A DNA stretch of 64,000 nt, from positions 41,788,001 through 41,852,000 of the forward strand of contig NC_134480.1 of NCBI RefSeq assembly GCF_964194025.1, in the 5' to 3' direction. This stretch comes from Convolutriloba macropyga (taxonomy: Eukaryota). The notes beneath the pieces are model-generated. The model saw nothing but the letters and a program-made list of their open reading frames with translations, had not been told where the DNA came from and did not search any database. Both the position numbers and the translations under genes were made by a program. Of this stretch, positions 54,708-64,000 are shown in pieces (positions within the stretch are counted from its first letter, which is position 1; each line of letters begins with the position of its first letter).

Positions 54708-55092
54708 TCAACAACTCTTACATGTCAACAGGTTCCCACACCTAAAGTTCAAATACCTCGGTTCCTTCCCTGCAGACCTTCGACCAAAATATTTACCTAC
54801 AAACACGTTTTGTATAATCAACATAGATCCATCTACTCAACCGGGCTCCCACTGGATTTTGCTTGCGAATAAAAATGGAAAGTTGTTCTACGGTGATTCG
54901 ATGGGAGAAGTTTTGGAAAAATATGGCATCAGGACAAGAGCAAACTTTGGTTCATTAGTACAGGAGAAACTCCAAGATTCAGAATTGTGTGGTTTATATG
55001 CTATTTATTTTGCACATGTGCTATTTTCTAAAGTTTCGTCTAAATATTTAAATGATTTTCATATATTGAAGTTCTTTGCTGATGTTTTGTAA
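54700..55092 (+). CDS. Adenain-like cysteine protease (capsid maturation)
   Basis: Catalytic His (PGSHW), Asp (YGDSMG), oxyanion Gln and Cys (LQDSELCGLY). The ATG at 54700 overlaps the MCP end. Confidence 0.93.
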   Translation: MDNQQLLHVNRFPHLKFKYLGSFPADLRPKYLPTNTFCIINIDPSTQPGSHWILLANKNGKLFYGDSMGEVLEKYGIRTRANFGSLVQEKLQDSELCGLYAIYFAHVLFSKVSSKYLNDFHILKFFADVL

Positions 55093-55320
55093 GTTTTGAA
55101 AACCAAAATCTTGAAATTTTTAAACAGTAATCCGTAAAATGTTGCAAATGGTTTTCAAAACTTTTTATTGAGGTTTTGTAATTTTGTATTTAATTATTTG
55201 TATGTGTATTTGTATCTAATTCAGTTATTTCAAAAAAGTCTTTTGTTAAATAGAGGTATTGGTAGGAAAACTGTTAATTAAAAACAGAGGCGAATTAAAT
55301 ATAAGATTAATGAAAACGAG

Positions 55321-58300
55321 TTATAAATCTAAAGGAGTAGTGTGAATACCATCTTCACAGACTTTACGCTTGGGATAAAAATATGAAAGTCCCACTTTCT
55401 TTAGTTCATAGGTACAAACTTTCTTGTTGTCAACAACTCTGAAGCCACGATTTGTTGAATAAACTCGCTCCTCATTGAACAGAACTTTTCTATATTTGTT
55501 TAGGGGCTCCTCAATGTTGCTCTTGTTGAGTCCTTTACTTGATAGTTTAACTGTGTCTGTTTCCTCATCGTAACAGCAATACGTCTTTGAACAAAGAGCA
55601 ATCATTTCAGAGCATCTAAATTCTCCCTTAAAAAGTCCAGGAGTTCTCTTGTCAAAGGCAGCATGTTTTCTGCAACATTCTCGTGGGAAGAAATTGCTGC
55701 TAGAGTTTGCTGCAAAGTTATCATTGCAGTCGCTCTGTCTCATCCAGTACCACACTGATCGCATTTGTGGTCGAATGATGTCTACAATTTTTTCTTCACT
55801 AAGGGCCATATAGAGACTGTCGGTATCCATTTCAATGAGTTCGTACTTGTTCTTATCACAGAAAGGGGTGAAGAAGTTGTATTTAAGTTGTAACATGGTG
55901 AGTTTGGCGTACTGGAGGATGAAGAAGCCCACAATTATTGGCTCTTTATGATCGATACGCGACTTGCTCATTTCTACCTCATATATCTGCTCTGGTAGCT
56001 CATTCATAGTCTTGAAAAACCTATTGTTAATAAATTTGTCCACCTGTGATCCTTTCACGTACTTGGTATTCGTATGTCGACTACGGTCCATGATCTGATA
56101 TCCATACGAACTGTTTCCAATCAGCTTCATTGTCTCCGCAACGACTGTTGACTCCTTATTCTGGTCTCCTTCGCGGCGGGCATCGACAACATTCTGAACA
56201 AACGTCTCAAAGCAGCGCCGGGGAGTGTATTGGAGAAACCAAAAGACGTCTTTTAGGATCACACCTTTTTCTAGATAAAATAACAAAAGTGATGTAATAA
56301 CTGGTCCTCGTTCAAGCTTGAAACTGGAAATGAGCATTTTTCTGGGTCTGGATAGTAATTTGTTGCGTTCTGCAAACTCTTTCATATGGTCCCCAATATC
56401 ATCGCGTCCCACTTCACAGTTCTTGAAAATTGGAGGAAAGTCTTCAAAGTAAGGATACATTTCCTCTGGAACTTCAAGACTACCATTGACGACACCAAAC
56501 AGTTCTCCACTTTTAATTTTCTCAATGAGCGAGTTTTTGTTCATCGATGGTTGGAAGGGATAGTTTAACTTGAGAAAGTCTTTAACCCCATTTGTGTTGT
56601 CTGTCCGCCATTTCTTCCATTGACACTCCCAGATCTCTTCAACATTTAACCCCAATCCCTTCAGGTACTCTCTTCTATCATTGTCACGTTCTCTCCGCTT
56701 CAATCCGCTTTCTATGTCCTCGAAGAGAAGCGGTTTTTCCTCTTGACACGGACAAAAATGAAAGAAGCAACCCATCGCTTCAAAAACCGTGTTGCAATGG
56801 TTACAAAACCCATCAACTAAATAAGGACCGAGCTTCTTTTGTTTCTTGTGTGTGAACTGGGTTTGCATTTTACAATTGGGGTGAACCTGTTGGAAGTAGT
56901 CCATGACCTGCTGTTCAAAGTAGCTTCTCCAGTTCCTCTTCGGATGAAATTTTTCAGTCTCTTCATTGTACTCCCACTTTGTATAGGGTCCTGTTGGCAT
57001 CTCTTTTGCCATGGAAAAAGGGTACAACTGACTGGCATCTATTCCGACGATGGACTTGCAAACGTTTTCTGACTCTCGAATTTTTGTTTCACCAACTTTT
57101 GCATACCTTGTAAAGATAATTGAGGGTCCCCCTGTTCGCCACTTTCGAATGTAATTATCATATTCTTTATCCTTCTCACAAAACGGAAAAAAAAGCTGCA
57201 TCTGTTGACGAATGAAGGAACCTGTTTGCCAAGTTGGGAAGAGTGTAACCCAACTTCAACATGTCTACTTGTCTTGAGTGGTAAAAACTGATCATTTTCT
57301 TCATAGCCTCAAGTGTAGGTTCGACATCTTTGTTATTGTACCACATGAGGAAGTCACGAAACGTCTGCATACCTTTTCTTTCCCATATATTTTGGAGCTC
57401 CAAGTAATTTTCTTCGGCATTTTGTGGAACTTTCTTGAGTCTCAACTTCTTCAAAATTTCATCCTGCTCCATTCCACCGTTTTTCAATTCCACAAACATA
57501 TCGTAATCGACTGAAAGAACGTTGTGATTTTTCAACTTGCTCCAAAAGCTGTCAATTGGTGGCAGTTGGGATACATTCAACTTCTCAATACTGTCGAACC
57601 ATTCATAGGGGAAGAAACCTTTCTCTTCACTCGCTCCATAGGCTTTTAGGAAATTATCCAGAGTTGTCGCTCCTCCCAGGAAGTTTAAAATGTCCAGAAA
57701 CTGTAGACCAAGAAAATTCATGCCAATATATTTATTCCCCATTCGAATCACTTTAGGAATAACGTTTTTTTCTATTAAGAGGTGATGCAGAAGATACTCT
57801 TTTATTAGGTTTAAATCATACCGAGAGCTGTTGAATCCGAAAACAGGTATGGTACTGTAATATTTTTCAAAATCTTGTCTCAATTTTGATATCACCCTGA
57901 GCTCGCTTCTCAGTCTCCTAATTTCAAGATCTTCGTCTTCCTCCACCTCGGGTTCAGCTTCGTTCTCAAATAAGTCTTCCGCTCCGGTGGGTACCTGCTT
58001 GTCTTCCACTGGAACCAGTTGTCGAAGAGCCCAATATTTTTCTTCCAATACCAGTACGAAATCATTGAGTTTCTCCCTCATTAGAAGCGTGCTCTTTTCC
58101 GCTATATTACTCAAGCTGGATACAAAATCACGGATTAGTTGAAGTGGATCTTCGTTGCAAATAAAAATTGGTTCGGAGAGCAGATTCGAGGATATTGACA
58201 CACTAATGGGGACATGTTTTCCAATCCATGAAGTCAAATCTGTGTTTCTGAGTGTACTGTCGGGGACTGTTGTTGACTCAAAATCGAATACGATAAGATG

Positions 58301-59646
58301 AGAAAACAATCTCAGCTCTTGCGGAACATTAATATTTACATCTTCCAGACGTTCAAAAATAGTTTCAGATAACTGATAGGCTCCTGTTGGATATTTGTGT
58401 TGCGTGTTTTCTGAGCAGTTTTGCATGTGCCGCAATAAGTTAAGGATCTGTCGAAAAATTGATCGCATACGTAGCACCGGAACGTTTTGAGGAATTTGTT
58501 GATGTCTGCTGTCCAACAAATGTGATTTTCATATCTCAGTAACGAAGTTTTCTTTGAACGTTTCATCGAGGAGCGACGAGTATGTTCAGCAAACATTTCG
58601 GATTCTTCGTCAAAAAATATGGAGTAAATCTGAATATTTCTGTCAACTAGAGCCTCAAGAACAGGAATATCGTCTTCATGTATTCCTTGAAACGTTTCGT
58701 CATTTCTCCGTGTCGCTGAGAGAAACATCCGCATCAATTCCATTGTTTTTTGTTGTAGCTCATTGCTACCATATAATTCATAGGGCAAGGAACGAAACAT
58801 ACATAAATTGTCTTGAAAAGGTTTGTTTTCGCAGTCAGATACAAAACATTTAACTATTGGACTCCTCAGTAAGGTTGATGGAATTGAATGTTCTATGCAT
58901 CCTAGCGGAACACCACTGAGGAGAAATACAAAGAAAGTGACATTTGTAACACAATAAAACTTCCACTTTGTGTCTGGACGTTGATTAATTAGATTTGGTA
59001 AAAATTCATCTTGTCTCAACATTGATTTAATATAATTGAGATCTGAGGCATCAGAGAGAACCATGGGATTTGAGAATACGGGGTTGTTATCTGCTGCGTA
59101 GTAGTAGAGGAATTCGTCAGGATTTTGCACACTCTGCAGCACGAATCCAAACGAAATATTGATTTTAGCTGAACTGGGTAACTCGTTGTAAACACAATCC
59201 AATTTGTCGATCACTGTTTCATGGTTGATCTCCATTATTTTGAAGTTGTGAACTTTCTTTCTGGACAATTCAAGAACCGAGTCTCTCAGAAAGTGTTGAA
59301 CCGTTTGACGTTCACTATGAAGAGCGGGAGAGTCTCCATAGATAGATAAGTCAACTTCCTCGTAGGTGCTAAGAGTTGAACGTTGGTGACTGTTTCGTTT
59401 GTGATGTAGAAGTTGATAATAAGTAGAGAAGGACAAGGGACAGCTGCTACAGGAAAACTTCTTTTTGATAACCAGAGACGGTGCATGTACGGAAGCAATG
59501 TGTTTCTGCAATTTATCTTGGTCAGGAAATGATTTGGGGCATTGTGAGCAAACTATTGCGTGAAGCTTCTGATGTCTGCTCATATTGGATTTCATAAGCT
59601 TATTGCAGGAAGAACACTGTTCCTTTGGGTTAGAACTTCTGGGCAT
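55321..59646 (-). pseudogene. Protein-primed family B DNA polymerase polyprotein (C2H2 fingers, terminal-protein region, vOTU-like protease, exonuclease, polymerase with VSR-like insert), two frameshifts
   Basis: ATG 59646 (MPRSS). ExoI FDFES, ExoII GFNSSRYDL, ExoIII YNNKDV, PolA DASQLYP, PolB KLIGNSSYG and PolC MDTDS lie across ORFs 58336-59763, 57176-58519 and 55321-57201. Shifts are near 58440 and 57190. Confidence 0.96.
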
Positions 59647-60070
59647 TTTCTCTAAAAAAAACAGAGCAAGATGAGGATTTGTTGTTTGAAATCTGTGAAA
59701 GTTTGCACGTAATTGAAAAGTGAAAATGAAAGTAAATTTTAAAATTGAAAATAATTTCCGCAATTATTAAACTGATTTTTGAATTGTTAACAGGGAAAAT
59801 GAAAGTTTGCCTGAAAACTGCTGTCCTCTCTACTGATTTCAAACTCCAGAAATTGTTTTGGAAATAATACTAAAATGTGCACTTTGCTACCTTTTTATTA
59901 TTAAACTCTTTGGAAAAAGTTAGAGTTTTTCACAAAGAATTAATTCAGAATTAATTCATAAATAGGTATTAGAAATTCTCAAAAAACATGATGAAAGTTT
60001 TCACTATAACAAAATACAAAATTGAAAAATGATTATCCAAAATTTTTGAAAAGTTTGTCCAGGAAAATCT

Positions 60071-60649
60071 TTAAAAGAGTTTTCGACTGATCGATTTTTT
60101 AGCAGGGATGACAAACTCAATGTCTTCATCGTTGGAATCAGCTTCTGATTTATCCAACTTCTTTTGACGTTTACGTGGAGCCTCCAAAACTGAGGAGCTG
60201 ATTTCATTTGGAGATGAAGGAGGTGGCGTCACAGTTAACGGAGAGTCATTGTCAAGTTGCCACAAAGCTTCATAAAGTTCGCGGTCCCTAAGGTGTCCTA
60301 ACTGATATTCGTACATAGGTTGGCAGCTCAGTTCGTAATCCATAAATTTCTCTCGAACTTGTTTTGGTACGTCAGTTAGGTTCTCACAATCTTTTACCTG
60401 GAGTCCTACTGGTTCCAGTTCAACTGAGTGGAAGTCAGGAACAACTTCGCTGTGAGGTAATACGAATTCACCTCCGTGCTTTATCATACTAAAGTCTTCG
60501 AAAATTGCGCGAGGCAGAATAGTACGTTCCTCGGCTAGCCATTGCCCATTTACTTTATTTTCGATTACCAGAACCACATCGTTCGAATAAATGGGAAGAA
60601 AAAGATTGATTCGCTGATTCGTTCCCTTTGATACAATTTTGAGGTCCAT
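60071..60649 (-). CDS. Polinton accessory protein with NLS-like PRKRQKK and acidic tail
   Basis: Intact 192-aa ATG ORF. A splice-acceptor-like TTGTTTGTAG lies 1 nt before the ATG. Confidence 0.7.
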   Translation of the reverse strand: MDLKIVSKGTNQRINLFLPIYSNDVVLVIENKVNGQWLAEERTILPRAIFEDFSMIKHGGEFVLPHSEVVPDFHSVELEPVGLQVKDCENLTDVPKQVREKFMDYELSCQPMYEYQLGHLRDRELYEALWQLDNDSPLTVTPPPSSPNEISSSVLEAPRKRQKKLDKSEADSNDEDIEFVIPAKKSISRKLF

Positions 60650-60689
60650 TCTACAAACAATCTTAATCTTACCTCCCGAAAGCAGATTT

Positions 60690-60975
60690 TATTAAAAGAA
60701 AACTTACCTGTTTGTTTTTGGATTTAGAGGTGATGTGAATGGTTGCGGTATCTACTGTTGAGGGGAAGTTTTGGCAGGCTAAAATGGTTCAGTTTAAATA
60801 CAGGAACAGACTAAGATTTCTATTAGTTAAATTTGAGCAAACTTACCTGTTTGTATTTGGATTTAGATGTGAAGTGAAGTGTTGCGTTATCTACTGTTGG
60901 GGGAAATTTTGGCTGGCTAAAATGGTTCAGTTTTAATACAGGAACAAATCAAGGTTTCTATTAGTTAAATTTGTT
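60690..60975. repeat. Tandem duplication of ~138 bp containing a minus-strand splice donor CAG|GTAAGT
   Basis: AACTTACCTGTTTGT.TTTGGATTTAGA...GCTAAAATGGTTCAGTTT.AATACAGGAACA occurs at ~60701 and ~60840. Confidence 0.85.
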
Positions 60976-61005
60976 TGCTTACCCGCTTCAACACTGCAAG
61001 TGTTC

Positions 61006-61165
61006 AACTTGAAACTGTCAATAAGGAGAAAGAAACAAAGTCTTTCTGAAAACTGTCAACTTGAAACTGTCAACAAGGAGAAAGAAACAAAGTCTACCTG
61101 AAAACAAAAAGATAACTTGAAACTGTCAACAACGAGAAAGAAACAAAGTCTATCTGAAAACAGAA
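61006..61165. repeat. Three tandem ~52-56-bp repeats
   Basis: AACTTGAAACTGTCAA.AA.GAGAAAGAAACAAAGTCT...CTGAAAAC occurs three times. Confidence 0.9.
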
Positions 61166-61239
61166 AGTTAAATTAAATTAGAATTTTGACCAACTGATTT
61201 TTAGAATTTGTTTTGAAATAATGAATAGTAGTGGCGAAT

Positions 61240-61932
61240 GAATGAGTAATCCAAACTAATTTGTTATTGAGGGTTCATATTGCTAATCCTTTTCGTGAGA
61301 ACAGCTTGGGTATCAAGCTGTGAGGAACATCTTTGGTAATTGACATTAGTAAAGGGTAATATTGTAAGGGGTAAATGACCTTACTGGATTGTTAAGAGAT
61401 TATCTTGCTAATCCTTTTCGTGAGAACAGCTTGGGTATCGTGCTGTGAGGTACATTATTGTCGATTGACATTTTCAAAGTGTAATATGTGAAAAGGTAAA
61501 TGTCCTTACTAAGAGATTATCTTGCTAATCCTTTTCGTGAGAACAGCTTGGGTATCATGCTGTGAGGAATATCTTTGGAGTTTGACATTAGTAAAGTGTA
61601 GTATGAGAAAAGGTAAATGACCGTACTGATTTGTTGTTAAGGCACTATCTTGCTAATCCCCCTCGTGTGAACAGCTTGGGTATCGTGCTGTGAGGTACAT
61701 TATTGGAATTTGAAATTAGAAAAGTGTAATAAGGGAAAAGGTAAATGACCTTATTATTTTGTTGCTAAGTCATTTTCTTGCTGATCCCTTTCGTGTGAAC
61801 AGCGTGGGTATCATGTTGTGAGCTACGTCTTTGGCATTAGTAAAGTGTAATATGAGAAAAGGTAAATGACCGAAATAGATTGTTAGGGTTTTTGCTCATC
61901 TCTGTCGTGAGAATAAATTGAGTTTCATGCTG
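61240..61932 (-). repeat. Right subterminal tandem array, 5 full units plus 1 degenerate unit of ~117-128 bp, inverted relative to the left array
   Basis: TTGCTAATCC.TTTCGTG.GAACAGCTTGGGTATC.TGCTGTGAGG recurs near 61280, 61405, 61522, 61650 and 61778, and in degenerate form at 61892. Confidence 0.93.
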
Positions 61933-62196
61933 GTTCGAAATGAGTAGTTATTAAGAAATTTAACTTCTTTTCTTTTTTACAAATGAAACTTTATTCAGCT
62001 GCGGGAAACAGTTTTTTCCTTTGTTAAATTTGAGACTCAAATAAGTTGTAAATTACACTTAATTCTCTAAATTTTTCATCCGGGGTTCGAGTCCGGGTGG
62101 GATCCTCTTTTGCTAAAACTGATTTTGTGTTAATAAAATAGGATGTCATTACGTTATGATCCATTATAAATATGGTTAAAATCTAAGTCATCTCAA

Positions 62197-62338
62197 GTAC
62201 CAATGGTTCAGTGGTAGTATCTGGGACTCCCATCCGGGGGTCCCGGGTTCGATCCCGGGTGGGGTCCTCTTGTGTTGTTCAATGGTTTCTCGGCTGAAAA
62301 TCTGGTGTACATTGACGAGCATTAGCCGGCGGGGTTTT
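62197..62338 (+). ncRNA. tRNA-Gly-derived RNA polymerase III transcription unit (not a canonical tRNA)
   Basis: A box TGGTTCAGTGG (62204-62214), B box GGTTCGATCC (62246-62255), CTCCCA anticodon-loop-like segment, TATAAATA at 62165-62172, first T4 run at 62335-62338. The acceptor stem pairs only 4/7. Confidence 0.65.
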
Positions 62339-62947
62339 CTATATAGAGTCTGATAGTTGCATGGGTATATGTGATAGGTAAGACGGGAGTTGACACATAG
62401 CGCATATCACATATACTCTAAGTGGCTTTCAGACTCGCAGAAAACCTTCAGCCATCAATGTCCAGAAGCCCTAATGAAACTATTTTCTTTCCATTAAAAA
62501 ACCCATTTTTTCCGAATTTTGACACCTATTGTACCCCCACATCATCCTTAGAATGATACCATTCATCAGGAATAAACTGTATTCAACAACTAACATCTAT
62601 TTTGAAAAAAAAATTGAAACTCTAAACTTAAAACACAAATGTATTCAGATCTAAATTATGCAGATTTCATTTTCGAATACACCAAACTGCTGCGAGTATG
62701 TCGAAAGACTTTTGAAATATAAAACAAATACTCACTTGTAAGTTTTCCCAATTTTCATTTTCGACTACACTTAGTAGTTTGATTATTGTCAGATATTTTT
62801 TTTATTCTGTACAGATAATCAAATCACTAGGGGTAAATCGAACCAGCGACTTTGGGGTTTGTTTATGTTTTTGGTTTTTTGTGAACCGTTTGTTTCTTTT
62901 GTTATTTTTTTTTGTTTTTTTTTTAGTTTTTTTATTTTTAGGCTTAT

Positions 62948-63172
62948 CTAAATCAGATCCAGATCAGCTAAGTTTTCGTTGAGCACCTTGCAAATGGCCT
63001 TGCAGTTTCTATATTTAACTGGTCGGCCAGTGCGTTTGGCTACTTGTTTGCGAACACCGGGACGGCCCGCGGTTCTCTTAGCCATTTGAGGCCTGCTAAA
63101 TTTGGGAGTGGGAGGAGAACCTTCCCAGTCAGAGACTGGTTCCTCCTTGATAGGTGTAGTTGGCAAACTCAT
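62948..63172 (-). CDS. Small basic protein (74 aa) with duplicated AKRT(A)GRP motifs
   Basis: ATG 63172 MSLPTTPIKEE...QMAKRTAGRPGVRKQVAKRTGRPVK. It is a GC-richer island in AT-rich flanks, with a TATA/Inr promoter upstream. Confidence 0.7.
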   Translation of the reverse strand: MSLPTTPIKEEPVSDWEGSPPTPKFSRPQMAKRTAGRPGVRKQVAKRTGRPVKYRNCKAICKVLNENLADLDLI

Positions 63173-63215
63173 TTTTAGCAAAAATTCAACAACAATTTTG
63201 TTAACAAAAGTACCA

Positions 63216-63250
63216 GAATGAAAAGTGATTTTGTGTTGCAGCTATTTATA
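63216..63250 (-). promoter_or_regulatory. TATA box plus initiator for the small basic ORF
   Basis: Minus-strand TATAAATA (63250-63243) and TCATTC Inr-like motif (63221-63216) ~30 nt downstream, ~45 nt before the ATG. Confidence 0.6.
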
Positions 63251-63598
63251 CTCATTTCAAATACACAAGTGTGCATGGATTAATGCTCGGAGATTAACTC
63301 ACACCAAAACTTTTACATTTTTAACCAAATTCTCACCCCCACACAGTATGAGCCATCTATCATAACAGTATGTCATTTATTAACACCCACACAAAAATGA
63401 ACCATTCAATAACTTTTAATTAAAACACACTTTTTATCTATATGAGTTTCTCATCTTAGTTCATTTAAATCACTACAAGCACTTAATCCCCTAATGACTA
63501 AAACAATATTTTCTCACGCTACAGTAAAACTTAATCCTTTGTAAACAAAATATTCACAAGAAAAAATGGACAAAAGTGACTACGAAAATACCGGTGAG

Positions 63599-63716
63599 TC
63601 ATGCTGTGAGGAGGTACATCTTTGGAAATTGGAGGGTAGGAGCCTATACCTAATGTTAATACATAGGTACTTCCTTTTACCCCCCCCCCCCCCACTCTTG
63701 CTCACGATATACTACT
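63599..63716 (-). repeat. Right terminal inverted repeat of the Polinton
   Basis: TCATGCTGTGAGGAGGTAC...CACTCTTGCTCACGATATACTACT, followed directly by the TSD CTTTGG. Confidence 0.97.
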
Positions 63717-64000
63717 CTTTGGTTTTAACAAAGTTGACCGTTTTGATTATTTCACGTGCTCCTGAAAGAACTTGTAAAAAAGGACTAATTATTGCATGTG
63801 AATAAGTGTGAATAGGCATTTAGAAAATACTAACAGATTAGAAAATTGAAAGTGATACGTTGATAGAAATAGCTCACTGCGTATAATGTAAATATCAACC
63901 TAAAATTTCTTCTTATTGCATTTTTAGGAGTTAGGGTATTGTAAAGTGTCAACTTTTTGATGTTCTTGATAAGTGTTGCAAATGTGTTTGTCGTTGTATT

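Larger units (their letters stand above)
46903..63716. mobile_element. Polinton/Maverick (adintovirus-like endogenous DNA virus), full length, partly inactivated by frameshifts
   Basis: Starts AGTAGT (46903) and ends ACTACT (63716). It has ~112-bp terminal inverted repeats and an identical 6-bp flank CTTTGG at 46897-46902 and 63717-63722. Internal genes for rve integrase, pPolB, A32-like ATPase, adenain and major and minor capsid proteins are the canonical Polinton set. Confidence 0.98.

Noticed and set aside
61240-61932. CRISPR-like array (conserved core with more variable intervening sequence)
   Set aside because: The intervening segments are homologous to each other, not unique spacers. 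Units are ~120 bp, there are no cas genes and the context is eukaryotic.
62197-62268. Functional tRNA-Gly gene
   Set aside because: The acceptor stem pairs only 4/7, the anticodon arm cannot form with a canonical 7-nt loop and U33, and the T-stem has a G-G mismatch. Reported as tRNA-derived instead.
63566-63805. 79-aa ORF crossing the Polinton right end
   Set aside because: Spans the TIR, C-run and host flank; a chance frame.

Overview
AT-rich, repeat-dense eukaryotic (probably invertebrate animal) genomic DNA with four N-gaps (668-799, 12751-13072, 18839-19038, 31107-31287). The left ~28 kb holds a minus-strand multi-exon gene for a Cys-less ('Pro-loop') pentameric ligand-gated ion channel. 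Five phase-compatible exons could be joined by hand; the 5' exon(s) were not found. One exon lies inside a near-identical 5.5-kb tandem duplication. The introns and flanks contain Helentron-type non-autonomous elements (HINE-like), a CCCAG-ended DNA transposon and LINE relics. The right part is a complete 16.8-kb Polinton/Maverick (adintovirus-like endogenous virus), 46903-63716, with AGTAGT termini, ~112-bp TIRs and a 6-bp CTTTGG target-site duplication. It encodes a packaging ATPase, integrase, penton, major capsid, adenain protease and protein-primed PolB (several frameshifted) plus accessory ORFs. The most unusual part is a ~1.67-kb cassette inside the right terminal repeat region. It carries a tRNA-Gly-derived Pol III unit (possible VA-RNA analogue) and a small basic protein with histone-H3-tail/AT-hook-like motifs under its own TATA/Inr promoter.
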